This document shows positions 8,981 to 18,689 of a stretch of 64,000 bases of DNA, piece after piece (position 1 is the first letter of the stretch; each line of letters starts with the position of its first letter). Source of the DNA: Acidobacteriota bacterium (lineage in GTDB: Bacteria > Acidobacteriota > Thermoanaerobaculia > Multivoradales > JAGPDF01); NCBI GenBank assembly GCA_045862895.1, contig BTUO01000002.1:113141-177140 (forward strand). Direction: 5' to 3'. Below the pieces are notes generated by a model. The model was not told the origin of the DNA. It saw only the letters and a list, made by a program, of their open reading frames with translations, and did not search any database. The position numbers were made by a program, and so were the translations under genes.

Positions 8981-10126
8981 ATGCAGGGACCGGACAAGCT
9001 GCTGCGCAAGGCCTCGGTCGAGAAGCTCTCCTCGCCCGAGCAGCTCGACATGATGATGAGGGTCACCTCGCCGATGGGATGGGTGGCGGTGGTGGCGATC
9101 GGAGCGATGATCGTGGTGGCGATCGTCTGGAGCGTCACCTTCCCGATGCCGGTCAAGGTCGACGGCCGCGGCTTCATGGTGCGCGGCGAGGCGGTGCGCG
9201 AGGTGCAGATCCTGACCTCGGCGACCATCCAGTCGGTCGAGGTCAAGACCGGGGACGTGATCGAGGCGGGCGCGGTCGTCGCCCGCCTCGCGATGCCCGA
9301 CGTCGAGGCGCGTCTGGCCTCGTCGAAGGCGCTGCTCGCCGAGCTCGAGCAGCAGACCTCGGACTCGGGCTCGCAGACCGCGTCGATCCAGGGCCGCCTG
9401 CGCGCCCAGATCGCGCGGCTCGAGCAGGACCGCCGGCAGAAGCAGCAGCTGGTCGACCGCGGGCTGCTGACCTCGGCGGCGGTGGCGTCGATCGATCAGC
9501 AGATCACCAGCCTGCAGAACTCGATGGCGCAGAGCATGATCGGCACCGGCGACCGCGGGCTCCGGGTCGAGGACAAACGGCTCGAAGTGCGGGAGCTCGA
9601 GGCCAAGCTCGCCAACGAGTCGGTGGTGCGCAGCTCGTTCGGCGGCCGGGTGGTCGCGGTCCGGGCGGGAGTCGGGCAACCGGTACGCCCCGGCGACGCG
9701 CTGCTGTCGCTCGAGTCGATCGGCGATCCGATGCGCGTCATCGGCTTCGTGCCGCTCGCCGCCGGCAAGAAGGTCTCGGCCGGACTCGAAGTCCGCATCG
9801 CGCCTTCGTTCATCCGGGTCGAGGACTACGGCTTCATGATCGGCAAGGTGGTGTCGGTCTCCGCCCTGCCGGCCACGCCTGAGGAGATCCAGCGCATCGT
9901 CGCCAACGACTCGCTGGCCCGGCAGTACATCGATCTCAACCCGTTCCAGGTGGTGATCGAGCCGACCGCGGCGGAGACGCCGTCGGGCTTCAAGTGGACT
10001 TCGTCCTCCGGCCCGCCGGTCGAGGTCGGCAGCGGCACCGACTGCACGGTGCAGGTCGTGGTCGAGACCAGGAAGCCGATCTCGTACGTGATCCCGACCG
10101 TCAAGCAGACGCTGGGCCTGTCCTGA
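8981..10126 (+). CDS. NHLP bacteriocin-system secretion protein (HlyD-type membrane fusion protein)
   Basis: LRKASVEKLSSPEQLD N-terminus, one TM helix, coiled coil, and the FKWTSSSGP C-terminal motif typical of NHLP HlyD proteins. Confidence 0.92.
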   Translation: MQGPDKLLRKASVEKLSSPEQLDMMMRVTSPMGWVAVVAIGAMIVVAIVWSVTFPMPVKVDGRGFMVRGEAVREVQILTSATIQSVEVKTGDVIEAGAVVARLAMPDVEARLASSKALLAELEQQTSDSGSQTASIQGRLRAQIARLEQDRRQKQQLVDRGLLTSAAVASIDQQITSLQNSMAQSMIGTGDRGLRVEDKRLEVRELEAKLANESVVRSSFGGRVVAVRAGVGQPVRPGDALLSLESIGDPMRVIGFVPLAAGKKVSAGLEVRIAPSFIRVEDYGFMIGKVVSVSALPATPEEIQRIVANDSLARQYIDLNPFQVVIEPTAAETPSGFKWTSSSGPPVEVGSGTDCTVQVVVETRKPISYVIPTVKQTLGLS

Positions 10127-10129
10127 CCG

Positions 10130-12346
10130 ATGGCCGAGGCGGAGAAGAAGCCGGCCGCCGCCGGCGCCAAGGCGAAACCCAAGCCGAAAGCGAAGCGGCA
10201 GCGTGTCCCCACCGTCCTCCAGATGGAGGCGGTGGAGTGCGGCGCCGCGTCGCTCTGCATGATCCTCGCCTACCACGGCCGGATCGCCCCGCTCGAGGAG
10301 TGCCGCGCCGAGTGCGGCGTCTCGCGCGACGGCTCCAAGGCCAACAACGTCCTCAAGGCCGCGCGCAAGTACGGGCTCGACGCCAAGGGGTTCAAGTACG
10401 AGCTCGAGGACCTCTACAACCTCGAGTACCCGGCGGTGCTGTTCTGGAACGCCAACCACTTCCTGGTGCTCGAGGGGTTCAAGGGGGACAAGGCCTGCCT
10501 CAACGACCCGGCGCAGGGCCCGCGCCAGGTCACGATCGACGAGCTCGACTCGTCGTTCTCGGGCGTCGTCCTGACCTTCAAGAAGGGGCCCGATTTCAAG
10601 CCGGGTGGCGAGAAGCCGAGCCTGGCCGGCGCGCTGCGCCGCCGGCTGCGCGGCTCCGAGACCGCGCTCGCGTTCGTCCTGCTCTGCGGTCTGTTCCTGG
10701 TCGTCCCCGGGCTGGTGATCCCGACTTTCTCGCGCGTCTTCGTCGACGAGTTCCTGGTCGCCAACCGGGCGTCGATCGTCAAGCCGCTGCTGCTCGGCAT
10801 GGGTCTGACGCTCGGACTCCAGGCGGTTCTGACCTGGCTCCAGCGTTATTACCTCCTGCGTCTCGAGACGAAACTGGCGCTCTCCAACTCCGCGGCCTTC
10901 TTCAATCACATCCTGCGATTGCCGGTCGGCTACTTCGCGCAGCGCTTCGCTGGCGAGATCGGTTCGCGGGTGGCGATCAACGACAAGGTCGCCGGTATCG
11001 TCTCGGGCAAGCTCGCGACCACGGCGATCGACTGCTTCCTGGTCATCTTCTACGCCATCCTGATGTTCCGCTACGACGTCGGCCTGACTCTCACCGTCAT
11101 CGGCGTCGCGCTCGCCAACGTGGTCGCGATCCGGGTGGTCGGCCGGGTGCGCACCGACGCCAGCAGGAAGCTGCTGACCGACAAGGGCAAGCTCGGCGGC
11201 ACCGCGATGGGCGGCTTGCGCATGATGGAGACGCTCAAGGCCACCGGCGGCGAGAACGAGTTCTTCTCGCGCTGGGCGGGCTACCAGGCCAAGGCGCTCC
11301 GGGCCGAGCAGCAGCTGCGCCAGATCAGCGACATGGTCTCGGTGGTGCCGACCGTGGTCAACACGCTGGTGACCGCGTCGGTGCTCTTCTTCGGCGGCCT
11401 GAAGGTCATGGACGGCACGCTCACCGTCGGTCTGCTGGTCGCCTATCAGGCGCTGACCGGCAGCTTCGTCAAGCCGCTCAACTCCTTCGTCACCTTCGGC
11501 TCGACGCTGCAGGAGCTCGAGGCGGACCTCAACCGACTCGACGACGTGCTGCGCTACCCGCAGGATCCGCTCTACAGGAACGAGGCGGCGCAGCGGGCCG
11601 AGAACCCCAACGATCAGCGCTTGAAACTCCAGGGCAAGATCGAGCTGCGCGACGTCACCTTCGGCTACAGCCCGCTCGAGAAACCGCTGATCGAGGATTT
11701 CAACCTCACCATCCAGCCGGGCCAGCGCGTGGCGCTGGTCGGCGGCTCGGGCTCGGGCAAGTCGACCGTCGCCAAGCTGGTCTCGGGTCTCTACCGCCCC
11801 TGGGCGGGCGACGTCCTGTTCGACGACACGCCGCGCGACCGGGTGCCGCGGCGCCTGCTGGCGAACTCGCTCGGCCTGGTCGACCAGGAGATCTTCCTGT
11901 TCGGCGGCACCATCCGCGAGAACGTGACGATGTGGGACGCGACCGTTCCCGCCGGCCGGGTCACCGAGGCCTGCCGCGACGCCGCGATCGCCGAGGTGAT
12001 CGAGACCCGCGACGGCGGCTACGGCGCGATCGTCGACGAGGGCGGCGGTAACTTCTCCGGCGGACAGAAGCAGCGCCTCGAGATCGCCCGCGCCATGGTC
12101 GGCAATCCGACCATCCTGATCCTCGACGAGGCGACGTCGGCGCTCGATCCCTCGACCGAGTCGATCGTCGACGACAGCCTGCGCCGGCGCGGCTGCACCT
12201 GCATCATCATCGCCCACCGGCTGTCGACGATCCGCGACTGCGACGAGATCATCGTCATGCAGCGCGGCAAGATCGTCCAGCGCGGCACCCACGACGAGAT
12301 GAAGGACGCCGAAGGCGCGTATGCAGAGCTCATCAAGACCCACTGA
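10130..12346 (+). CDS. NHLP export ABC transporter, C39 peptidase/permease/ATPase
   Basis: LQMEAVECGAASL (C39 catalytic Cys), NHFLV, TMD, Walker A GGSGSGKS, FSGGQKQR, LDEATSALD. Confidence 0.95.
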   Translation: MAEAEKKPAAAGAKAKPKPKAKRQRVPTVLQMEAVECGAASLCMILAYHGRIAPLEECRAECGVSRDGSKANNVLKAARKYGLDAKGFKYELEDLYNLEYPAVLFWNANHFLVLEGFKGDKACLNDPAQGPRQVTIDELDSSFSGVVLTFKKGPDFKPGGEKPSLAGALRRRLRGSETALAFVLLCGLFLVVPGLVIPTFSRVFVDEFLVANRASIVKPLLLGMGLTLGLQAVLTWLQRYYLLRLETKLALSNSAAFFNHILRLPVGYFAQRFAGEIGSRVAINDKVAGIVSGKLATTAIDCFLVIFYAILMFRYDVGLTLTVIGVALANVVAIRVVGRVRTDASRKLLTDKGKLGGTAMGGLRMMETLKATGGENEFFSRWAGYQAKALRAEQQLRQISDMVSVVPTVVNTLVTASVLFFGGLKVMDGTLTVGLLVAYQALTGSFVKPLNSFVTFGSTLQELEADLNRLDDVLRYPQDPLYRNEAAQRAENPNDQRLKLQGKIELRDVTFGYSPLEKPLIEDFNLTIQPGQRVALVGGSGSGKSTVAKLVSGLYRPWAGDVLFDDTPRDRVPRRLLANSLGLVDQEIFLFGGTIRENVTMWDATVPAGRVTEACRDAAIAEVIETRDGGYGAIVDEGGGNFSGGQKQRLEIARAMVGNPTILILDEATSALDPSTESIVDDSLRRRGCTCIIIAHRLSTIRDCDEIIVMQRGKIVQRGTHDEMKDAEGAYAELIKTH

Positions 12347-12350
12347 CGCC

Positions 12351-15300
12351 GTGGCGACCGTCAAGCTGCGGGTGGTCGAGTCGCCGGTGCCGGGGCTCGC
12401 CGGGCAGGAGCTCACGCTCGACGCCGCCGGCGGCGAGCTCGTCATCGGCCGCGCCGACGACTGCGGCCTGCCGGTCGCCGATCCGTCGATGTCGCGCCGG
12501 CACGCCCGCGTCCTGGTCGTGAACGGGGGCGCCCGCGTGGTCGACAACGGCAGCGCCAACGGCGTCCACGTGGACGGCGCGCGGGTGCCCGAGGCCGAAC
12601 TCGCGGGCGGGCGGCGGTTCACGCTCGGTCAGACCGTGTTCGAGGTCGTCGTCGAGCTGCCGCCGCCTCCGCCCGAGCCGGTCGCGCCGCCGGCGCCGGA
12701 GCCGGATCGGCACGCCCACATCCCGGTCGACCGCACCATCTCGATCTCCGACATCGCCGCGATCGTGCGCGAAATCGAGCGCCCGAAGAGCTTCGAGGAC
12801 GAGGGCGAGGCGGTGGTCACGGCGGCCAACAAGCCGTTCGTGCTCTCCGATCCCGACGCCGTCTACCTGGTCGAGTCGGGCAAGATCGAGATCTTCACGG
12901 TAGCGCTCGAGAACGGCCAGCCGGTCGGCGCGCGCACCCACTTCGTCAGCATCGACCCGGGGCAGCTCTTCTTCGGCATGGATACCGACCGCTACGGCAT
13001 GGGCTCGGGGTTCCTCGCCGTCGGCAAGGCGGGCTCCGAGCTGCGCCGCTATTCGGCCGCGCGGCTGCTGCGCCTGGCCGGCGAGAAGGCCCATCGCGAG
13101 AGGGTCGCCGCGATGGTCGTGCGCTGGGTCGAGGCGCTGTCGCGCCGCCTGGTCTCCGACCTCGAGGTACCGCGGCCCGAGGTCGCGCTCGAAACCGGCA
13201 AGACCTTCGAGGCGGCCGCGGGCAAGCGCGTGGCGAGCGAGCGCGGCGTCGCCTGGGTCGAGATGCCGGCCGCGCAGTTCCTGTTCGACGGCATGTCGAG
13301 CGCGTCGTGGGAGGTCGAGGGCGTTCTGCTGCCGATGGCCCCGGGCAGCTGGATCGAGCTGATCGGTGGCGCCGAGACGTTCACGGGAACGCCGCGCGGC
13401 GCCGCCGAAGTGATCGACGATCCGCGCGCGTGGGCCGGTCTCGAGGTGTTCCACCGCTTGCTGTGCGAGGGCGAGTTCCTCAACAAGCGGCTGTCGACGG
13501 TCGACGAGTACAACCGCCTGCAGAGCAAGGCCGCGCAGACCGAGCAGGCGCGCGAGGCGGCGATGGGCGCCATCGGCTCGGTGCTCGGCGGCACCGGGGT
13601 CTGGGAGCGGCCGTCGTTCGCCGGCGGCGACCTCGGGCCGATCGTCGGCGCGATGCGCCTGATCGGGCAGCGGCTCGGCGTCGAGATCAAGTCGCACCCC
13701 GAGGGCAAGGAAAAGCGCACGTTCGACGAGACGCTGCTCTCGGTCTCTCTGGCGTCCCGACTGCGCTCGCGCCGGGTCGCCCTGGTCGACGACTGGTGGA
13801 ACTACGACCAGGGTCCGATGCTCGGCCAGTACGAGGAGTCCAAGGCGCCGGTGGCGCTGCTGCCGACCGGACCGACCAGCTACGACGCGGTCGACCCGAC
13901 GACCGGCGACCGCCGCAAAGTCGACGAGCAGCTCGGGCGCAGTCTGGTGCCGTTCGCCACCACCTTCTACGTCGGATTCGGCGACGGGCCGGTGACCGCC
14001 AAGCAGTTGATCCGCTTCGCGCTGCGCGGCCTGAAGTCCGACTTCCGCACCGTCGCGCTCATGGGCATCGGGCTCGGCCTGCTCGGGACCGTGCCGCCGA
14101 TGATCACCGGCAAGGTCTTCGATACCGCCATCCCGCAGGCCGAACGGGCGATGCTGATCCAGTTCGCGGGCGGCCTCTTCTTGATGGCGCTGGCCCAGGC
14201 GGCGTTCAAGATCACCCAGGCGATCGCCATGGTCCGCGTCCAGGGGCGGATGGACTACTCGGCGCAGTCGGCGGTCTGGGATCGCCTGCTCGACCTGCCG
14301 ATGACCTTCTTCCGCGGATTCTCGGCCGGCGACCTCGCCGACCGCGCCTCCGGCGTCGACCAGATCCGCCAGATCGTCGCCGGCGCCGGCATCGCCGCGA
14401 TCCTCGGGTCGTTCTCGTCGATCTTCAACGTCTTCCAGATGGTCGGGTACAACATCACCCTGGCGGCGGTGGCGATCGGCCTGACGCTGTTCTACGTCGG
14501 CGTGACCACCTCGGCGAACTACCTGCAGCTGCGCTTCCAGCGCGACGAGCAGAAGCGACGCGGCCGCATCACCGGCCTGGTGCTGCAGTTGATCTCGGGC
14601 GTCGCCAAGCTGCGCGTCAGCGGCGCCGAGAACCACGCCTTCCGGGTCTGGGCGACGGCCTTCTCCGAGCAGCGCAAGGTCAGCTTCAAGGTCGGCCGAG
14701 TGCGCAACGTCATGCAGGTTTTCAACGCCGGCTTCCCGGTCGCCTCCTCGATGGTGATCTTCGCCACGATGGTTTCGCTCAAGTCGTCGTCGGCGGAGAA
14801 GGGGACGCCGTTCGAGATGACGACCGGCGAGTTTCTGGCCTTCTCCGCCGCTTACGGCCTGTTCCTCGCCGCGATGCAGGCGCTGGGCGACGCCTCGCTG
14901 TCGATGCTCAAGATCGTCCCGGTCTGGGAGCGGTTGAAGCCGATCCTCGAGGCCACTCCGGAAGTCGACGCCAGCAAGGTCTACCCGGGCCGCTTGAACG
15001 GCGCGATCGACATTTCGCACCTCTCCTTCCGCTACACCTCCGACGGGCCCTGGATCCTCAAGGACGTCTCGCTCAAGATCCAGCCCGGGGAGTTCGTGGC
15101 GCTGGTCGGCGGATCCGGCTCGGGCAAGTCGACGTTGATGCGACTGATGCTCGGTTTCGAGACGCCGGAGATGGGCTCGATCTACTACGACGGCCAGGAT
15201 CTGGCGACCCTCGACCTGCGCCTGGTCCGCTCCCAGATGGGCGTGGTGCTGCAGGAGAGCCGCCTGCTGCCGGCCGACATCTATCGCAACATCGTCGGTT

Positions 15301-15716
15301 CCTCCTCGCGCACCGTCCAGGAGGCGTGGGAGGCGGCCGAGAAGGCCGGCATCGCCGAGGACGTCCGCGCCATGCCGATGCAGATGCACACCGTGGTCGC
15401 CGAGGGCGGCGGCAGCTTCTCGGGTGGGCAGAAGCAGCGCCTGATGATCGCCCGCGCCATCGTCCACAAGCCGAAGATCCTCTTCCTCGACGAGGCGACC
15501 TCCGCGCTCGACAACAAGACCCAGGCGATCGTCACCGAGAGCATGAACAAGCTCTCGGCGACGCGCATCGTGATCGCCCACCGGCTGTCGACCATCGTCA
15601 ACGCCGACCGCATCTGCTACCTCGAGAAGGGCGAGCTCAAGGAGCAGGGGACGTTCAAGGAGCTGATGGAGCTCGACGGCCTGTTCGCGGCGCTCGCCAA
15701 GCGCCAGCTCGCCTGA
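12351..15716 (+). CDS. NHLP export ABC transporter permease/ATPase with N-terminal FHA and cNMP-binding-like domains
   Basis: FHA motifs IGR..SRRHA..SANG, Pro-rich linker, VYLVESGKIEIF cNMP-like segment, TMD, GGSGSGKS, FSGGQKQR, LDEATS. Start is GTG12351 or ATG12321. Confidence 0.9.
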   Translation: MATVKLRVVESPVPGLAGQELTLDAAGGELVIGRADDCGLPVADPSMSRRHARVLVVNGGARVVDNGSANGVHVDGARVPEAELAGGRRFTLGQTVFEVVVELPPPPPEPVAPPAPEPDRHAHIPVDRTISISDIAAIVREIERPKSFEDEGEAVVTAANKPFVLSDPDAVYLVESGKIEIFTVALENGQPVGARTHFVSIDPGQLFFGMDTDRYGMGSGFLAVGKAGSELRRYSAARLLRLAGEKAHRERVAAMVVRWVEALSRRLVSDLEVPRPEVALETGKTFEAAAGKRVASERGVAWVEMPAAQFLFDGMSSASWEVEGVLLPMAPGSWIELIGGAETFTGTPRGAAEVIDDPRAWAGLEVFHRLLCEGEFLNKRLSTVDEYNRLQSKAAQTEQAREAAMGAIGSVLGGTGVWERPSFAGGDLGPIVGAMRLIGQRLGVEIKSHPEGKEKRTFDETLLSVSLASRLRSRRVALVDDWWNYDQGPMLGQYEESKAPVALLPTGPTSYDAVDPTTGDRRKVDEQLGRSLVPFATTFYVGFGDGPVTAKQLIRFALRGLKSDFRTVALMGIGLGLLGTVPPMITGKVFDTAIPQAERAMLIQFAGGLFLMALAQAAFKITQAIAMVRVQGRMDYSAQSAVWDRLLDLPMTFFRGFSAGDLADRASGVDQIRQIVAGAGIAAILGSFSSIFNVFQMVGYNITLAAVAIGLTLFYVGVTTSANYLQLRFQRDEQKRRGRITGLVLQLISGVAKLRVSGAENHAFRVWATAFSEQRKVSFKVGRVRNVMQVFNAGFPVASSMVIFATMVSLKSSSAEKGTPFEMTTGEFLAFSAAYGLFLAAMQALGDASLSMLKIVPVWERLKPILEATPEVDASKVYPGRLNGAIDISHLSFRYTSDGPWILKDVSLKIQPGEFVALVGGSGSGKSTLMRLMLGFETPEMGSIYYDGQDLATLDLRLVRSQMGVVLQESRLLPADIYRNIVGSSSRTVQEAWEAAEKAGIAEDVRAMPMQMHTVVAEGGGSFSGGQKQRLMIARAIVHKPKILFLDEATSALDNKTQAIVTESMNKLSATRIVIAHRLSTIVNADRICYLEKGELKEQGTFKELMELDGLFAALAKRQLA

Positions 15717-15741
15717 GTCACGGTTTCGCGGTCTCCCGGAC

Positions 15742-16851
15742 GTGACAGCGACCCTGCCCGTCGAACGCCGTCACGCGCTGCTCACCGAGCTCGGTGCGCC
15801 GGCCGCCGCCCGCGACGAGCTGCTCGACTACCTGGACGATCACTACCAGGGACTCGCCGGCGATGCTCCGGACGCCGCGGCGGAGGAGCCGCAGGTGCGT
15901 TTCTGGCGCACCTACGTCGAGGAGGCGGGGCGCGACGGGGTCGCGCGGGCGCTGCGTCGCCGCTTTCCGCAGCTCGGCTTTCCGGTCGCCTCCGGAGTCT
16001 CGCAGTCTCCGGAGTACCGTGCCGCGACCCGTCGCGGCGAGTTCGATCGCGAGGGGCCGGTGGCGCTCGGGTTCGAGCGGCCCGACCGGCTCGAGCTCGT
16101 GCTCGATACCGGCATCGCGGGGCCGGTCCCGGTGCTGACCGCGCGCCACCGCCCGGACTTCGTCGCGCTGGTGCGCGCTCTCTCCGCCCGCAACGAGCCC
16201 GAAGTCGTACCGGACGCGATGGGCGCCTGCCTGGTCAAGGGGCTCGCCGACTGGGAGCGGGTCGATGACTACCGCCGCGCCTGGGAGCGCCGCCTCGGCC
16301 GCACCCCGGGCGACGAGGAATGGTCGGCCGAGATGGCCGCCGGCCTCGCGCCGAACAAGGAGCTCTGGCAGGACCGGCTCATCCTGCTCTCCGACGGGCC
16401 CTACTCGGCCGTGCCGGCGGCGGAGATCGGGCTCGCGGAAGAGGAGTGGCGCGAACGCTCGCTGGCGATCCGCCTCGCGCACGAGAGCTTTCACTACCTG
16501 ACCCTGCGCCGGGCCGGCGCGATCCGCAGCCACCTGCTCGACGAGCTGGTCGCCGACTACGCCGGGCTGACCTTCGCGTTCGGGCGCTACGAGCCCCGGC
16601 TCGCGCTGCGCTTCCTCGGCCTCGATCGCCTCCCCGAGATCCGTCCGGACGGGCGGCTCGCGGTCTATCGTGGCGCCCTCTCGGACGACTCGGTGGCGGT
16701 GCTCGCCCGGTTGCTCGCGCGGGCGGCGGCCGCGCTCGCCGCTCTGCCGCCGGTGGACTCCGCTCCGCAGCGGCGGGCGACGCGCCTGCTCCGGCTGGCC
16801 GCCGCCGGGCTCGACGGCATCGCGGACGGGGCGGTCGGGGTCGCGGAGTGA
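15742..16851 (+). CDS. HExxH-motif protein of unknown function (DUF7005-like)
   Basis: LILLSDGPYS and IRLAHESFHYLTLR..LLDELVADYAG motifs. Co-oriented with the export operon. Confidence 0.7.
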   Translation: MTATLPVERRHALLTELGAPAAARDELLDYLDDHYQGLAGDAPDAAAEEPQVRFWRTYVEEAGRDGVARALRRRFPQLGFPVASGVSQSPEYRAATRRGEFDREGPVALGFERPDRLELVLDTGIAGPVPVLTARHRPDFVALVRALSARNEPEVVPDAMGACLVKGLADWERVDDYRRAWERRLGRTPGDEEWSAEMAAGLAPNKELWQDRLILLSDGPYSAVPAAEIGLAEEEWRERSLAIRLAHESFHYLTLRRAGAIRSHLLDELVADYAGLTFAFGRYEPRLALRFLGLDRLPEIRPDGRLAVYRGALSDDSVAVLARLLARAAAALAALPPVDSAPQRRATRLLRLAAAGLDGIADGAVGVAE

Positions 16852-17264
16852 CGGCGGCGAGGTTCCGCCGCCGGCTCGAGCCGCCGACGATCGAGGGCGT
16901 CGCCGAGGCCGCGGTCGAGCTCGACGCCTGGTGCCGACGAAGCGGGGTCGACGAGCAGCGCCGGCGCGACCTGTTGCTGATCCACGACGAGCTCGCTTCG
17001 AACGTGGCGCGCCACGCCGGCGGCGCGACCTTCGTCGCGATCCGCGCGCGCCTCGAGCACGAGGCGGCGCGGCTGGTCTACGGGGTCGAGGACGACGGCG
17101 ACCGTTTCGATCCGCTGGCACGGCGATCGCCGGAGACCGGCGCGCCGCTCGAGGAGCGGGTCCCCGGTGGCCTGGGCATCCACCTCGTGCGCACGCTCGC
17201 CGCCCGCGTCGCGTGGCGGCGGGCGCGGGGGCGAAACCGGCTCGAGGTAGAGCTCGCGCTCTGA
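16848..17264 (+). CDS. Anti-sigma-factor-type ATP-binding protein (RsbW-like HATPase)
   Basis: GTG overlaps the previous TGA. N-box DELASNVARH, G1 EDDGDRFDP, G2 GGLGIHLV, GRNRL. Confidence 0.85.
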   Translation: MTAARFRRRLEPPTIEGVAEAAVELDAWCRRSGVDEQRRRDLLLIHDELASNVARHAGGATFVAIRARLEHEAARLVYGVEDDGDRFDPLARRSPETGAPLEERVPGGLGIHLVRTLAARVAWRRARGRNRLEVELAL

Positions 17265-17280
17265 GGCGTCGGGTCCGGCC

Positions 17281-18474
17281 CTACTTCAGCCGGAAGACCA
17301 GTCGCACGGTACCGAACTGGACGCGGTCGCCTTCCGCCAGCAGCCGCTCGCGGATGCGGTCGCCGTTGACCCAGGTGCCGTTCTCGGACTGCAGGTCCTT
17401 GAGCAGCCAGCCGTTCTCGGTCTGCGACAGCTGCGCGTGGCGACGCGAGACCGCGGGCTTGTTGAGCCGCACCTGGTTGTCCGGCGTCCTGCCGACGAAC
17501 GACAGCGGCTCGAGCGGGAACTCGGGCGCTCCGAGGTCGGTGTCGATCGCCATCAGCCTGGCCAGCGACAGCACGACGGTCTTGCCCGGCGCGGCCGGCG
17601 CGGGCGGTGGCGCCAGCGCGGCGGGCGAGAGGATCACCGTGCCGTCCTGCGCCGGAACGTCGGCGGCCGGAGGCGGGGCCAACGGCCCGGTCGCCACCGG
17701 CTTCGGCGGCGGCGGCGCCGGCGGCGGCGTCGGGCCGGCGATGATCGTGGCGTCACCGGGCGCGGCGATCAGCTGCGGGGCGGTGATCGCGGCGGGGTCG
17801 ATCGGTAGCGGTGAGGCCATTGCCGCCGGCGCCAACGGCCCCAGGGAGGAGAACGGCGGCGGCGGGGGGGCGGCCGGGGCGATGACGGTGGCCGCCGGCA
17901 TCGCGGCGGCGGGCTCGACCGCCGGCTCGGTGGGCGTGGGCGCGGGAGCGGCGACGACCGGCGTCGGCTCGGGCGGTGGAGCCGCCGCGGGGGCCGGCGC
18001 GGGAGGTGGCTCCGGGGGCGCGGCGAGCTCGGCCTCCGAGTCGAACGCCGCCACGAAGCGCTGCCGGACTTCGCCGGCCTCCTCGAGCTCCCGGGCGTGC
18101 CGCTCGAGCCGTTCGCGGATCTCGTCGCCCTTCTTGCCGAACTCCTCGTCCGAGAACTCGCCCAGGCGATGGCGCAGCTCGAGCTCCTCCTGGTCGAGCT
18201 TGGCCGTCACGTGGGCCGCCTCGAAGCCGTCGAGCAGCTTCTTGAGCTTGGCGTACTCGCGACGCGCCCGGTCCTTGAGCGGCGACGCCTTGCGGTCGAG
18301 GTCGGCCGAGCGCGTCTCGTAGTCCTTGCGCACCCGCCGGTAGACCTGTGCGGAGACCTTTTCCTTCTCGGCCTCCATCTTCGACATCCGCTCGGCGACG
18401 GTGTCGCGCTCCTTCTTGAGCGCCATCAGCTCGTCGATGACGGCGGCGTCGACCTGTTCGAGTTGTTCGAGCAT
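17281..18474 (-). CDS. FHA-domain protein with N-terminal coiled coil and Pro/Ala-rich linker
   Basis: C-terminal VGR..SRRHA..SENGTWVNG FHA motif; charged helical N-terminus. Confidence 0.88.
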   Translation of the reverse strand: MLEQLEQVDAAVIDELMALKKERDTVAERMSKMEAEKEKVSAQVYRRVRKDYETRSADLDRKASPLKDRARREYAKLKKLLDGFEAAHVTAKLDQEELELRHRLGEFSDEEFGKKGDEIRERLERHARELEEAGEVRQRFVAAFDSEAELAAPPEPPPAPAPAAAPPPEPTPVVAAPAPTPTEPAVEPAAAMPAATVIAPAAPPPPPFSSLGPLAPAAMASPLPIDPAAITAPQLIAAPGDATIIAGPTPPPAPPPPKPVATGPLAPPPAADVPAQDGTVILSPAALAPPPAPAAPGKTVVLSLARLMAIDTDLGAPEFPLEPLSFVGRTPDNQVRLNKPAVSRRHAQLSQTENGWLLKDLQSENGTWVNGDRIRERLLAEGDRVQFGTVRLVFRLK

Positions 18475-18689
18475 CGCTCCCTCCGGGCCCGCCGGACGGG
18501 CCGGCCACGAAGGGCGATCCTACCGCGCGGGGCCCGCCGCCTGTGAACCGATCCGCAGCCCCGGAGGCCGGATCCGAGCCAGGATGGGCTCATCGTCCTC
18601 CACGGCGGAACGACCGCCGGCGCCGCGCAGCTCTGCCCGCGCGCGACGCCCGGGCCGCGCTGCCTCGTGGAGCAGGGGAGGAGGGTTCG

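Noticed and set aside
17580-18030. GC-rich low-complexity stretch as a tandem repeat element
   Set aside because: Explained by the Pro/Ala linker of the FHA protein.
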